This document shows positions 23,814 to 32,193 of a DNA stretch of 56,640 nt, one piece after another. The notes under the pieces are model-generated. The model was given only the letters and a program-made list of their open reading frames with translations. It was not told where the DNA came from and did not search any database. Source of the stretch: Acidobacteriota bacterium (lineage in GTDB: Bacteria > Acidobacteriota > Vicinamibacteria > Fen-336); contig JAJDNV010000272.1 of assembly GCA_022340545.1 (NCBI GenBank), forward strand, positions 1 through 56,640. Reading direction: 5' to 3'. Every line of letters begins with the position of its first letter. The first letter of the stretch is position 1. The translations under genes and the position numbers were made by a program.

Positions 23814-26722
23814 CTCGTCCCTCGCCCCGGGCGCGGCTCGTCGTCCGGTTGGACCGCGGAGTACCGAGGCGAGGCCGCGGACTCCAGCGGCGCGCCGTGC
23901 TCGTGGATCGCCTGGCGCTCGTTGTTGTCGTAGGGATGCAGCTTGCGGTAGGGACCCGTGATCGCCTGAGACGACTCGTCTGCCTTGAAGCGCCGGTAGA
24001 GGGCCTCGTGCGTCCGGGCCTTCTCGGGGTCTCCGGCCCCCTGGGAGGCGAGCATGAGGGTGTAGTGGGCCTGGAGGTCCTCGGGATCGACGGCCAGCAC
24101 CTGCTGGAGCTCCGCGATCGCATCCCGGAACTCGCGTTTGAGGAAGAGCACGCGGCCGATCTGGTTCCGGACCACGCGGTCACGGGGGTAGCGGGCGGCG
24201 GCGCGGCGGAGGTGCTCGAGGGCCTCGTCGTACTCCCCGAAGGTCTTGAGGGCCAGGGCCAGGAAGAAGTGGGCGCTCGCGAGATCGGGGTCGACCTCGA
24301 GGGCGCGGCGCAGGACCTCCGCGGCCTCGGCCATGCGGCCCTCCCGCGCGCGGGCGCGCCCCACGTTCACCCACCCGTCCGCGTAGTCCGGATCCATCTG
24401 CGTGACCTTCAGGAAGGCGGCTTCGGCCCCGCGAAGGTCGCCCTGCAGCAGGAGGCCGATGCCGTAGTCGTTCCACCGCTCGCGCACCGAGGCGTCGAGG
24501 TAGGGCTCGTCCGCGGGCTCCGGGGCATCGGCGGGCAGTACCGGGATCTCGGCCCGGTCCGTGGAGATGGCGGTGATTGGGATGTCGGGAATGGCCTTGA
24601 CCTCGCCGACGACGTCCGAAGTGTCCCCGGTGAAGACCCAGCGGCCGTCATCGTGCCCCGCTCCGACCGAGTATTCGGTGTCCTCGGGATCCCGCACACC
24701 GGCGAACGCCCACTGAGTGTTCCACCACGCGAACTTGCGGTAGTTGAGCGTCGCCTCAAGGAAGATCCGATCCCCGCAGTCCTCGGGTACCTGCACGCGG
24801 AAGTGCACGGCGTCGGCCGCTCCGGGAGGGATCAGCTTGACGTAGGCCACCGAACGCGTCGCCCAGGCGTTCCTCTTGGTGATGGGGTTGCCCCGCTCGT
24901 CGAGCATGAGGCTGCGGTAGAAGTGTGCGCGCGGGTCGACCGGCCCGCGGCCCTCGTCTTCCACGTAGCCGGAGTGGAGGAGCGTCCGGCCGTTGCTGTC
25001 GACGGCCTTCAGCTCCACCCACACCTCGGCCGCGTCGACGGTGCCCCCGGGAAAGAAGTGCCCCACCTTCCGCGTCCGCACAACGACCTCGACCCGTGCC
25101 GACTCGCCCCGGCGCAGGGCGACGGCGGCCGTGCCCAGGGGTCCCGCGACCTCTGACGGGGCCTTCAAGACCGCCCGGGCGGCGCCGAAGTGCATCGTCT
25201 CCTCCCCGGCGGCGAAGGTCGAGCTCAGAGTGGGCCCAACCCCCGCGATCGCCCGCCCCCGGAGCTCGCCACCCTCACCGCGGACGATCCCGAAGATGTC
25301 GAGGGTCACCGCGTCCTTGAGGAAGGCCTGCACCACCTCGAGCTGCTCCTCGTCCCGGTTGACGAAGGGAAGGGCGGTGTTCGCAGCCGGGAAGCGGTGC
25401 GAGTGGACCTTACCCCTCCGTGCCGCCGGGTCCTCTGCCGGCACGAGAGGCATGTGGCAGTCCGCGCAGTTCTGGGGCTCGGGCGGGTAGTAGAAGGAGC
25501 GCGCCCCCTGGCCGGACACCCCCGAGGCCTGCCAGTTGTCGTACTCGTTGAAGCCCCGGAACCAGCGGTAGTCGTTCACCGGCACATCGAGGTGAACCTT
25601 GTGGCAGGCGGCACAGAACTCGGCCGTCTGCTCGGTGTGGAAGCTCTTGAGGAACGTCCGGGAGTGGGGTCCGGGGTCGAGCCGCAGGAGGTAGTCGTGG
25701 GTCGCCCGCAGGACCGGCTCGTCGCTCACCGCGAGGTCGTGCAGGGGTGGGTACTCGATCATGAAGTCACCCTGCCCCATCGTGCTCTTGACGTGGACGA
25801 CCGAGTGGCACGATGTGCAGGTGAGGCCGGCCTGGGCCTCCGGGCTCTTGTCCCGTCCCCGGATGGGCGTCTCGAACTGCCCGTTGAAGAGCACGGCGTG
25901 GTCGTGGCAACCCGCGCACCACTTGGAGGGCCTTGTTCCGACGACATCCTGCATGTACTCGACCGACTTGCGGTACCACTGGTTGTTGAAGGACGAGAAG
26001 TGGTGGGCGGACGAGCGCCACTGCTCGTAGATGTCATGGTGGCAGCGTCCGCACTCGGCGGCGGTCATGAAGAAGGTGGACGGGATGGTGCCTCCCACGT
26101 TGGTCTCCGCCGAGGACGGGAAGAACGGCCCCTCCGGACCCTGCCCCTCTCCCTCCATGGTGAGGGGCGGGAGGGGGGGGTTGACGATCCGGTGCTCAGG
26201 CGGAGCCAGGTCGGCCACCAAGCGGATTGCCGGCGCGGCGAGAAGGAGGGCCGCGATGCCGAAACCCCACGGCCGAGCCGAGCTTCGCGTCGCGAGCCAC
26301 GAGCGACGGCGAAGCGCGCCCAACATCAGGGCGGCGCCCAGACCGATCAGCCCGACGTGGGCGTAGAGGAGCGGGCGGAACGGCCGCGTGGTCCCGGTAA
26401 GGAGGAGCGACGCCCCGAGCACCGACCCGGCCCCGAAGGCCAGCACGGCGGCCCGCCCGAGCGCGGGCAGCCCCTTCCAGTGCGGCCGAACCCGCACCGT
26501 GAGCGCGCCCGCCAGGGCCAGACCGAGCAGGATGTGGAGGCCGACGTTCGCGAAGTAGAGAGGGCTCGCGTCCGCCCGCGCTCCGAGATAGAGGCTGTTC
26601 ATGCCCAGGGCCAGGAGGCTCGCGATCAGCAGGGCGTCGCGGCGCGTCACGAGCGGCCACCGGTCCGTGAAGAGGGGAGCATTTCGGGATTGTGTGGGAT
26701 TCGGTGGGCTCGTGTCGACCAT
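23810..26722 (-). CDS. Membrane-anchored multihaem c-type cytochrome fused to C-terminal TPR repeats
   Basis: N-terminal multi-TM region. Five CxxCH motifs (CGRCH, CAGCH, CTSCH, CAACH, CADCH). TPR-like C-terminus (AEAAFLKVTQMDPDYADGWVNVGRA...). The stop overlaps the CRTAC1 start by 4 nt. Confidence 0.85.
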   Translation of the reverse strand: MVDTSPPNPTQSRNAPLFTDRWPLVTRRDALLIASLLALGMNSLYLGARADASPLYFANVGLHILLGLALAGALTVRVRPHWKGLPALGRAAVLAFGAGSVLGASLLLTGTTRPFRPLLYAHVGLIGLGAALMLGALRRRSWLATRSSARPWGFGIAALLLAAPAIRLVADLAPPEHRIVNPPLPPLTMEGEGQGPEGPFFPSSAETNVGGTIPSTFFMTAAECGRCHHDIYEQWRSSAHHFSSFNNQWYRKSVEYMQDVVGTRPSKWCAGCHDHAVLFNGQFETPIRGRDKSPEAQAGLTCTSCHSVVHVKSTMGQGDFMIEYPPLHDLAVSDEPVLRATHDYLLRLDPGPHSRTFLKSFHTEQTAEFCAACHKVHLDVPVNDYRWFRGFNEYDNWQASGVSGQGARSFYYPPEPQNCADCHMPLVPAEDPAARRGKVHSHRFPAANTALPFVNRDEEQLEVVQAFLKDAVTLDIFGIVRGEGGELRGRAIAGVGPTLSSTFAAGEETMHFGAARAVLKAPSEVAGPLGTAAVALRRGESARVEVVVRTRKVGHFFPGGTVDAAEVWVELKAVDSNGRTLLHSGYVEDEGRGPVDPRAHFYRSLMLDERGNPITKRNAWATRSVAYVKLIPPGAADAVHFRVQVPEDCGDRIFLEATLNYRKFAWWNTQWAFAGVRDPEDTEYSVGAGHDDGRWVFTGDTSDVVGEVKAIPDIPITAISTDRAEIPVLPADAPEPADEPYLDASVRERWNDYGIGLLLQGDLRGAEAAFLKVTQMDPDYADGWVNVGRARAREGRMAEAAEVLRRALEVDPDLASAHFFLALALKTFGEYDEALEHLRRAAARYPRDRVVRNQIGRVLFLKREFRDAIAELQQVLAVDPEDLQAHYTLMLASQGAGDPEKARTHEALYRRFKADESSQAITGPYRKLHPYDNNERQAIHEHGAPLESAASPRYSAVQPDDEPRPGRGTR

Positions 26723-26891
26723 TCGATTTAGGCGTTTCGGTCGGAATCTTGGCGACTCCCACCGGGCCCCATCTCGCTGCTTCTCAGCGGGTTGGACACG
26801 TCGGCCCTCGCGGTGCGCACGGAGCGCATAGCTCCCACGGACACGTGCGGCACAGATCAGCCGAGCCGACGTCCGGCGGAGGGGAGCGACG

Positions 26892-27269
26892 TCAGTTCTT
26901 CTGGCGGGCGAGGTAGTCGAACACCACCACCTCGATGCGCTCGCGCGGCTCGTCGTTCAGCGCGCGGAAGGCGATCCCGAAGCCGGGAGGCAGGCTGTGG
27001 ACGGGGTGCTCCTGAACCGGGTTCGTCCAGGCCACGACGCCGTCGATGCGCACCACACCCTCGCGTCCCGGGACCTGGAACTGGCAGACGACCTCCTGCC
27101 CGAGGGGTGGCATGACGTCGTGGGCCACGTACGCGCCGAGAACGTTGATGTTCACGATGAAGGCGCTGGCCGAGCGGCCTCCCTGGAAGTCGATCTGGCA
27201 GCGCCGAACGAAGGGGACGCGGATCGCACCACCCGCTCGCCGCTTCTCGGCGTCCTTTGGAACCGTCAT
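26892..27269 (-). CDS. PilZ domain-containing protein
   Basis: 125 aa with an RxxxR-like segment (IRVPFVRR) and an N-x-N-x-LG element (VNINVLGAYV), in a beta-barrel-sized protein. Confidence 0.75.
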   Translation of the reverse strand: MTVPKDAEKRRAGGAIRVPFVRRCQIDFQGGRSASAFIVNINVLGAYVAHDVMPPLGQEVVCQFQVPGREGVVRIDGVVAWTNPVQEHPVHSLPPGFGIAFRALNDEPRERIEVVVFDYLARQKN

Positions 27270-27310
27270 GCGCCCCCATTCTAGCCCGCCCGTGGCCGGG
27301 CGGGGCGTGG

Positions 27311-29302
27311 CTAGCCCATCACCAGCCGGTCGTTGCCGGAGCGACGCGTGACCCGCTCGCGGTCCAGGTATTCGAGCAGCGGGATCACGTACTTGCGCGA
27401 CAGACCCGTCATCTCCTTCATGGCGGCGACGTCGAGCCGCGAGCCCGAGGGCCAGCGCCGCCGCACCTCCTCCTTCAACGAGTCGAGATGGCTGCGGTGC
27501 ACGAGCAGTCCCGCCCCCACCCGCTCGAGAAGCCCCTCCCGGGCCAGCACACGGGCCACGCGCTCGAGCCGAGCGGCTTCCTGGCCACTCCGCTCGGCCA
27601 CCCCGCGCACCTCCACCCCGGCCAGGCCGGCCTTCTCCGCCTCCTCGACGAGAACGCGGCGCGCCTCCTCCTCGCCGGCCGAGAGCTGCACCTTGTGCTC
27701 AGACAGGGCCACGAAGTCGGGCCCGATGCGCACCTTCCCGGCGTCAGCGAGATCCCGCAGCGTCCGCTCGAAGGCCGCCGCCGGAGCCGAGACAAAGACA
27801 CGGCTCCGGAGCTCCTCTCGGGGTATCCCCGGGTCCAGCGGCCGCTCGTGGTGGTGCCGCTCCAGGGCCTCGAGGGCCTCGCGTCCCAGACGGCCGAGGG
27901 CCTCGCGAGAAACGAGGACCAGCGGGTCCTTGCCCAGCGTAACGACCCCCGGGATGTCCTCGAGGACCGAGAGGAGCCGGGTCAGCGGGACGGTGAGCCG
28001 TGAGGCCAGAAGCGGCGCCTCGAGGCCTTCGCGCCCGGCGTCGTCCACGAGCTCCCCGGCGGCGGCCTCGAGTCCGGCGGCGGCACGGAGGCGCTCCAGG
28101 ACTGGCCGATCTGCTCTCCGACGTCGGCGGGGCCGGGGATCCAGCACGAGGGCGCCACCGATCGTGTGGGCCGGGGAGTACGAGCGGAGAATGAGGCGGT
28201 CGCCACGGCCAGCCACCGCCGGGCTCTCGAGCCGGAGCTGAGCGAGCTCCGCCGCCCCGGGCTCGACACGCTTGGCTCCGAGAAGGCGAACCCTGGCCAG
28301 GGCCTCCGCGCTGGCCAGGTGGACCCGCACCCGGGCCCCGTCTTCGAGCGGCCGGGCCGAGGTGAGCAGGGTGATCTCGACGTCCACCATGGAGGTGGCG
28401 TGCAGCGTTCCCGGCGCGGCCAGGACGTGGCCGCGCTCGAGGTCATCGCGCTCGAGGCCACCCAGGTTCACCGCGGTGCGCGTCCCCGCCGGCGCCCGCT
28501 CGACCGCATCGCCGTGCACCTGCAGGCCGCGCACCCGTGCCCGCTGTCGGGCCGGAAGCACCTCGACCTCGGCACCCACCGCGAGCTCGCCTCCCAGCAG
28601 GGTCCCGGTCACGACCGTCCCGAAACCCCGCATGGAGAAGACGCGGTCGACGGGCAGCCGAAGCACCCCGTCGGACGGACGGGGTGGGGCCTCGCGGGCG
28701 AGGGCGAGGAGGGCCTCCCTGAGCTCGGGCAGGCCCGCTCCGGTACGGGCGGAGACGGGAACGATGGGGCGACCCTCGAGGAACGATCCCTTCACGAGCT
28801 CGCGGGTCTCGAGCTCGACCAGGGCCTGCGTCTCCTCGTCGGCCAGGTCGCACTTCGACATGGCCACCAGCCCCCGGGGCACGTCGAGGAGGCGGCAGAT
28901 GTGGAAGTGCTCGCGGGTCTGGGGCATGACCGACTCGTCCGCCGCCACCACCAGAAGCAGCGCATCGATCCCGTGGGCACCGGCCAGCATGTTGCGGACG
29001 AAGCGCTCGTGGCCCGGGACGTCGACGAAGGAGGCGACGATCCCTCCCCCCAGCTCGCAGTGGGCGAACCCGAGATCGACGGTGATGCCCCGCTCCTTCT
29101 CCTCCTTGAGGCGGTCGGGGTCGGTGCCGGTCAGGGCCTGGACAAGCGCGCTCTTGCCGTGGTCGATGTGGCCCGCGGTCCCGACGATGAAGGAGCGCAG
29201 CGGAGAATCAGCCCTCTCGGGTGGACACGCCGAAGACCGACTCCGCGGTCTTGTGCAGCTTGGCCGCGAGCGCCAGCCGGGCCTCCTTCTCCGAACGGGC
29301 AA
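27311..29302 (-). CDS. selB: Selenocysteine-specific translation elongation factor SelB
   Basis: G-domain GTAGHIDHGKSAL, DVPGHERF, SKCD. Long C-terminal winged-helix region. The true start is uncertain: the track TTG at 29302 adds 37 Arg-rich residues and overlaps the upstream gene by 95 nt. Confidence 0.85.
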   Translation of the reverse strand: MPVRRRRPGWRSRPSCTRPRSRSSACPPERADSPLRSFIVGTAGHIDHGKSALVQALTGTDPDRLKEEKERGITVDLGFAHCELGGGIVASFVDVPGHERFVRNMLAGAHGIDALLLVVAADESVMPQTREHFHICRLLDVPRGLVAMSKCDLADEETQALVELETRELVKGSFLEGRPIVPVSARTGAGLPELREALLALAREAPPRPSDGVLRLPVDRVFSMRGFGTVVTGTLLGGELAVGAEVEVLPARQRARVRGLQVHGDAVERAPAGTRTAVNLGGLERDDLERGHVLAAPGTLHATSMVDVEITLLTSARPLEDGARVRVHLASAEALARVRLLGAKRVEPGAAELAQLRLESPAVAGRGDRLILRSYSPAHTIGGALVLDPRPRRRRRADRPVLERLRAAAGLEAAAGELVDDAGREGLEAPLLASRLTVPLTRLLSVLEDIPGVVTLGKDPLVLVSREALGRLGREALEALERHHHERPLDPGIPREELRSRVFVSAPAAAFERTLRDLADAGKVRIGPDFVALSEHKVQLSAGEEEARRVLVEEAEKAGLAGVEVRGVAERSGQEAARLERVARVLAREGLLERVGAGLLVHRSHLDSLKEEVRRRWPSGSRLDVAAMKEMTGLSRKYVIPLLEYLDRERVTRRSGNDRLVMG

Positions 29303-29570
29303 TGAAGGAGTAGTTCTCGCGTGCCACCTTGATCAGGAACAGCAGCTCGTCGCGGGAGAGTGTCAGGACGACGCGGCCCCTCTCCTGGTCGAAGGCCGCC
29401 TCCACGAGCTTGTCGCGCAGCTGCAGACGGGCCTGCTGCTCTTCGTCGGTGATGAAGTGGTACTCCTGCCGCGTGACCTTCTGCAGGAAGACGAGCTCCT
29501 TCGCAGTCAGGTTCAGCGCCACCGTCCGCGCTTCGGACGAACGCGACGTCGACTTCGGTGCTGGGGTCAC
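29208..29570 (-). CDS. Hypothetical protein made of two ~42-aa internal repeats
   Basis: GTG start after GGAG. Strongly coding-like codon usage. Repeats: LNLTAKELVFLQKVTRQEYHFITDEEQQARLQLRDKL and LTLSRDELLFLIKVARENYSFIARSEKEARLALAAKL. Confidence 0.65.
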   Translation of the reverse strand: MTPAPKSTSRSSEARTVALNLTAKELVFLQKVTRQEYHFITDEEQQARLQLRDKLVEAAFDQERGRVVLTLSRDELLFLIKVARENYSFIARSEKEARLALAAKLHKTAESVFGVSTREG

Positions 29571-29672
29571 GGTCGTGCTCCGTCAATGGCCGAACGGCTC
29601 GCTCGGCGCGGGTATTCTAGTTGAACCCGGGGCCCGGCGTCACCTGCAGCCGAAACCGGCGTCCAGGCCCCC

Positions 29673-31844
29673 TCACCGTCGGCGGGGCCCGCGGGGACGG
29701 ACGGGGCGGCCCCGGCCGGAATTGCCCCGGCCCGCCACACGCTCGAGCACGTCGACGAGGGCGAAGTCGATCTGCCGCCGGTCGAGGTCGACCCGCACGA
29801 CTTGAACCTCGACCCGGTCCCCGAGCCGGTAGAAGCGACCCGTGTTCTCGCCCTTGAGCCGGTGGGCCTTCTCGTCGAAGCGGTAGTAGTCGTCCGTCAT
29901 CGAGGAGACGTGGACGAGGCCCTGGACGTACACCTCCTCCAGCTCCACGAAGAGCCCGAAGGCCTGCACGCCGGTCACGTATCCCGAGAACGTCTCGCCG
30001 AGCTTCTCGGCCATGAACCTGACCTTCTTCCACTCGATGAGCTCACGCTCCGCCTCGGTGGCCCGCTGCTCGGCCTCGGAGAGGTGGCGCCCCATCTCCG
30101 GCAGCCGCTTCTCCAGCCTGGCCTCCCGCTCCGCGTCCCCCCCCTCCCGCAAGGCCCGGAGGGCCCGGTGGACCACGAGGTCCGGGTACCTCCGGATCGG
30201 ACTCGTGAAGTGGGCGTACATGTCTGCGGCCAGGCCGAAGTGGCCGAGGTTGTCCTCGTGGTACCGGGCCAGCTTCATCGTCCGCAGCAGGAGATAGGAG
30301 ACCAGCTTCTGCTCGGGTTTGCCCTGGATCTGGCGGGTGATCCGCTGAAAGTCCTCGGGACGGATCGTCTCGAGGTTCTCCGGCACCCGGTAGCCGAACG
30401 ACGCCACGAGCTCCCCGAACTCCTGGACCTTCTCGGGATCGGGGCGCTCGTGGATCCGGTAGAGGGAACCCGCCCCGGACCGATGGAGCCTCGCCGCGAC
30501 CGCCTCGTTCGCCGCGAGCATGAACTCCTCGATGACCCTCATGCTGTCGAGACGCTCGTGGGCCACGATGCCCGTCATCTCCCCGTCCTCGTCGAGGATG
30601 AGCTTCGGCTCGGGCAGGTCGAAGTCCAGCGAGCCCCGGTCGAAGCGGCGGCGCCGCATGAGGCGGGCCAGCTCGTCCATCGCCTCGAGGTCCGCCACCA
30701 GGGACGAGAATCGCTCTCGAAGCGCCCGCTCGCCGTCCACGATCCCCTGGGCGTTCTGGTAGCTCAGGCTGGCCGCGCTCCGGATCACGCCGTCGTGAAA
30801 GGTCGCCTCCTCGACGCGTCCCTTCTCGTCGAGCTCGAGCACCACCGACTGTGTCAGGCGGTCCGTGCCCTCGACGAGGCTGCACACGTCGTTCGAGAGG
30901 GCGTGCGGGAGCATCGGCACCACCTTTTCGGGGAAGTACACCGACGTCCCCCGCAGGTAGGCCTCCTGGTCGAGCGGACCCCCCTCCCGTACGTAGTGCG
31001 CCACGTCGGCGATGTGGACGGCCAGGCGCCAGCGTCCGCCCTCAAGCCGCTCAACACCCACCGCGTCGTCGTGGTCCTTCGCGGTGGCGGGGTCGATGGT
31101 GACGGTCGTCCAGTCCCGGAAGTCGGTGCGCCCCGCCGTCTCCTTCCGCCCCGGGCGCCGGGCCACGCGCCCGGCCTCGTCCTCGACCTCGGGGGGAAAG
31201 GTGTCGGGGAGATCGTACTTCGCCATCACGACCTTGAGATCCACCCCGGGGTCGGTGAGGCGTCCGAGGACCCCCACGACGGTGCCGATGGGGTTGCGCT
31301 TCGCGGACGGGGGCTGAGTGACCTCCACCTGCACCATCTGGCCGGTCTTCGCCCCTCCTTCCTCCCCCGCGGGGATGAAGAACTCCTGGAGGATCCGGCG
31401 ATCGAAGGGCACCACGTGCCCCCCGAAGCGGCCGTCGCTCTCGTAGCGCCCCACCACGCGCTGCTGCGCCCGCTCGAGGATGCGGATGATCCGCCCCTCC
31501 GGCCCCTTCGTCGTCTCACGCTCGACCCGGACCACCACGCGGTCGCCGTGGAGCGCCTCGCGCAGGCCCCCGGCGGGGACGAAGACGTCCCCCCGACCCT
31601 CCCGGCGCTCGTCGGGCACGACGAAGCCGTACCCGGCGGGGCTGCACTGCAGTCGGCCCGCCACCAGGTTCATCCGCGAGGGCAGGCCCACCCGGGCGCC
31701 GCGGATCTTGACGACCTCACCGTCCGCGATCAGCCCGCGGACGACCTTCTTCAGCTCGCGGCGCCCGGGTCCATCGAGCTCCAGGCGCCGCACGACCTCC
31801 CGCACGGAGAGCGGGCGGCCGTGGCTCGACAGGAGGTCGAGCAC
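29673..31844 (-). CDS. rnr: Ribonuclease R
   Basis: N-terminal HTH/cold-shock-like region, an RNB catalytic domain (TIDPATAKDHDDAV...) and a C-terminal S1 domain (GYVTGVQAFGLFVEL) with a basic tail. Confidence 0.9.
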   Translation of the reverse strand: MLDLLSSHGRPLSVREVVRRLELDGPGRRELKKVVRGLIADGEVVKIRGARVGLPSRMNLVAGRLQCSPAGYGFVVPDERREGRGDVFVPAGGLREALHGDRVVVRVERETTKGPEGRIIRILERAQQRVVGRYESDGRFGGHVVPFDRRILQEFFIPAGEEGGAKTGQMVQVEVTQPPSAKRNPIGTVVGVLGRLTDPGVDLKVVMAKYDLPDTFPPEVEDEAGRVARRPGRKETAGRTDFRDWTTVTIDPATAKDHDDAVGVERLEGGRWRLAVHIADVAHYVREGGPLDQEAYLRGTSVYFPEKVVPMLPHALSNDVCSLVEGTDRLTQSVVLELDEKGRVEEATFHDGVIRSAASLSYQNAQGIVDGERALRERFSSLVADLEAMDELARLMRRRRFDRGSLDFDLPEPKLILDEDGEMTGIVAHERLDSMRVIEEFMLAANEAVAARLHRSGAGSLYRIHERPDPEKVQEFGELVASFGYRVPENLETIRPEDFQRITRQIQGKPEQKLVSYLLLRTMKLARYHEDNLGHFGLAADMYAHFTSPIRRYPDLVVHRALRALREGGDAEREARLEKRLPEMGRHLSEAEQRATEAERELIEWKKVRFMAEKLGETFSGYVTGVQAFGLFVELEEVYVQGLVHVSSMTDDYYRFDEKAHRLKGENTGRFYRLGDRVEVQVVRVDLDRRQIDFALVDVLERVAGRGNSGRGRPVRPRGPRRR

Positions 31845-31896
31845 GCGGTGCGCGAGGCTGGGTGATGAGGTGGTGATGAGAAGTCCGATCGGGGGC

Positions 31897-31983
31897 TGGT
31901 GCCGGAGGTGGGACTTGAACCCACACTAGCCGAAGCTAACACGGCCCTGAACCGTGCGCGTCTGCCAATTCCGCCACTCCGGC
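31897..31983 (-). tRNA. tRNA-Leu (anticodon CAG), class II with long variable arm, CCA encoded
   Basis: The reverse complement folds as acceptor GCCGGAG/CTCCGGC, anticodon stem CACGG/CCGTG with loop TTCAGGG, variable arm TAGC-TTCG-GCTA, T-arm GTGGG-TTCAAGT-CCCAC, and a 3' ACCA. Confidence 0.9.
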
Positions 31984-31999
31984 AAAGCCGCGACCAACG

Positions 32000-32028
32000 A
32001 GATTAGCAAGGAACGACAGGCGCTTCAA
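32000..32028 (-). promoter_or_regulatory. Candidate sigma-70 promoter for tRNA-Leu (TTGAAG-N17-TAATCT)
   Basis: On the minus strand, TTGAAG (32028-32023), a 17-nt spacer, then TAATCT (32005-32000). The -10 box ends 16 nt before the tRNA 5' end. Confidence 0.5.
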
Positions 32029-32132
32029 GCGTGGTCGACAGAGGACGCCCCCGCTCTCGTCGCAGGACACTGCCTGACGTCGCCGTTTGCCCGAGACTCC
32101 TGACTTTGCAGGGTTTACAATCACGTCACGGT

Positions 32133-32148
32133 CGGCACGTCCCTTGCG
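32133..32148 (+). promoter_or_regulatory. Sigma-54 (-24/-12) promoter in front of the FecR/DUF6600 gene
   Basis: CGGCACGTCCCTTGCG: GGCAC (32134-38), N5, TTGC (32144-47). The predicted TSS (~32159) leaves a 35-nt leader with a 7-bp hairpin (GGGAGCC..GGCTCCC, 32161-32179) and GGAGG 9 nt before the ATG at 32194. Confidence 0.55.
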
Positions 32149-32193
32149 TAGTACCCGGGCGGGAGCCGCGGGGGCTCCCGGAGGCGAGCAGCC

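Noticed and set aside
29131-29586. 151-aa alternative-frame ORF over the small repeat protein and the selB start
   Set aside because: Arg/Gly/Pro-rich composition. The 29208-29570 frame has far better codon bias and an internal repeat structure.
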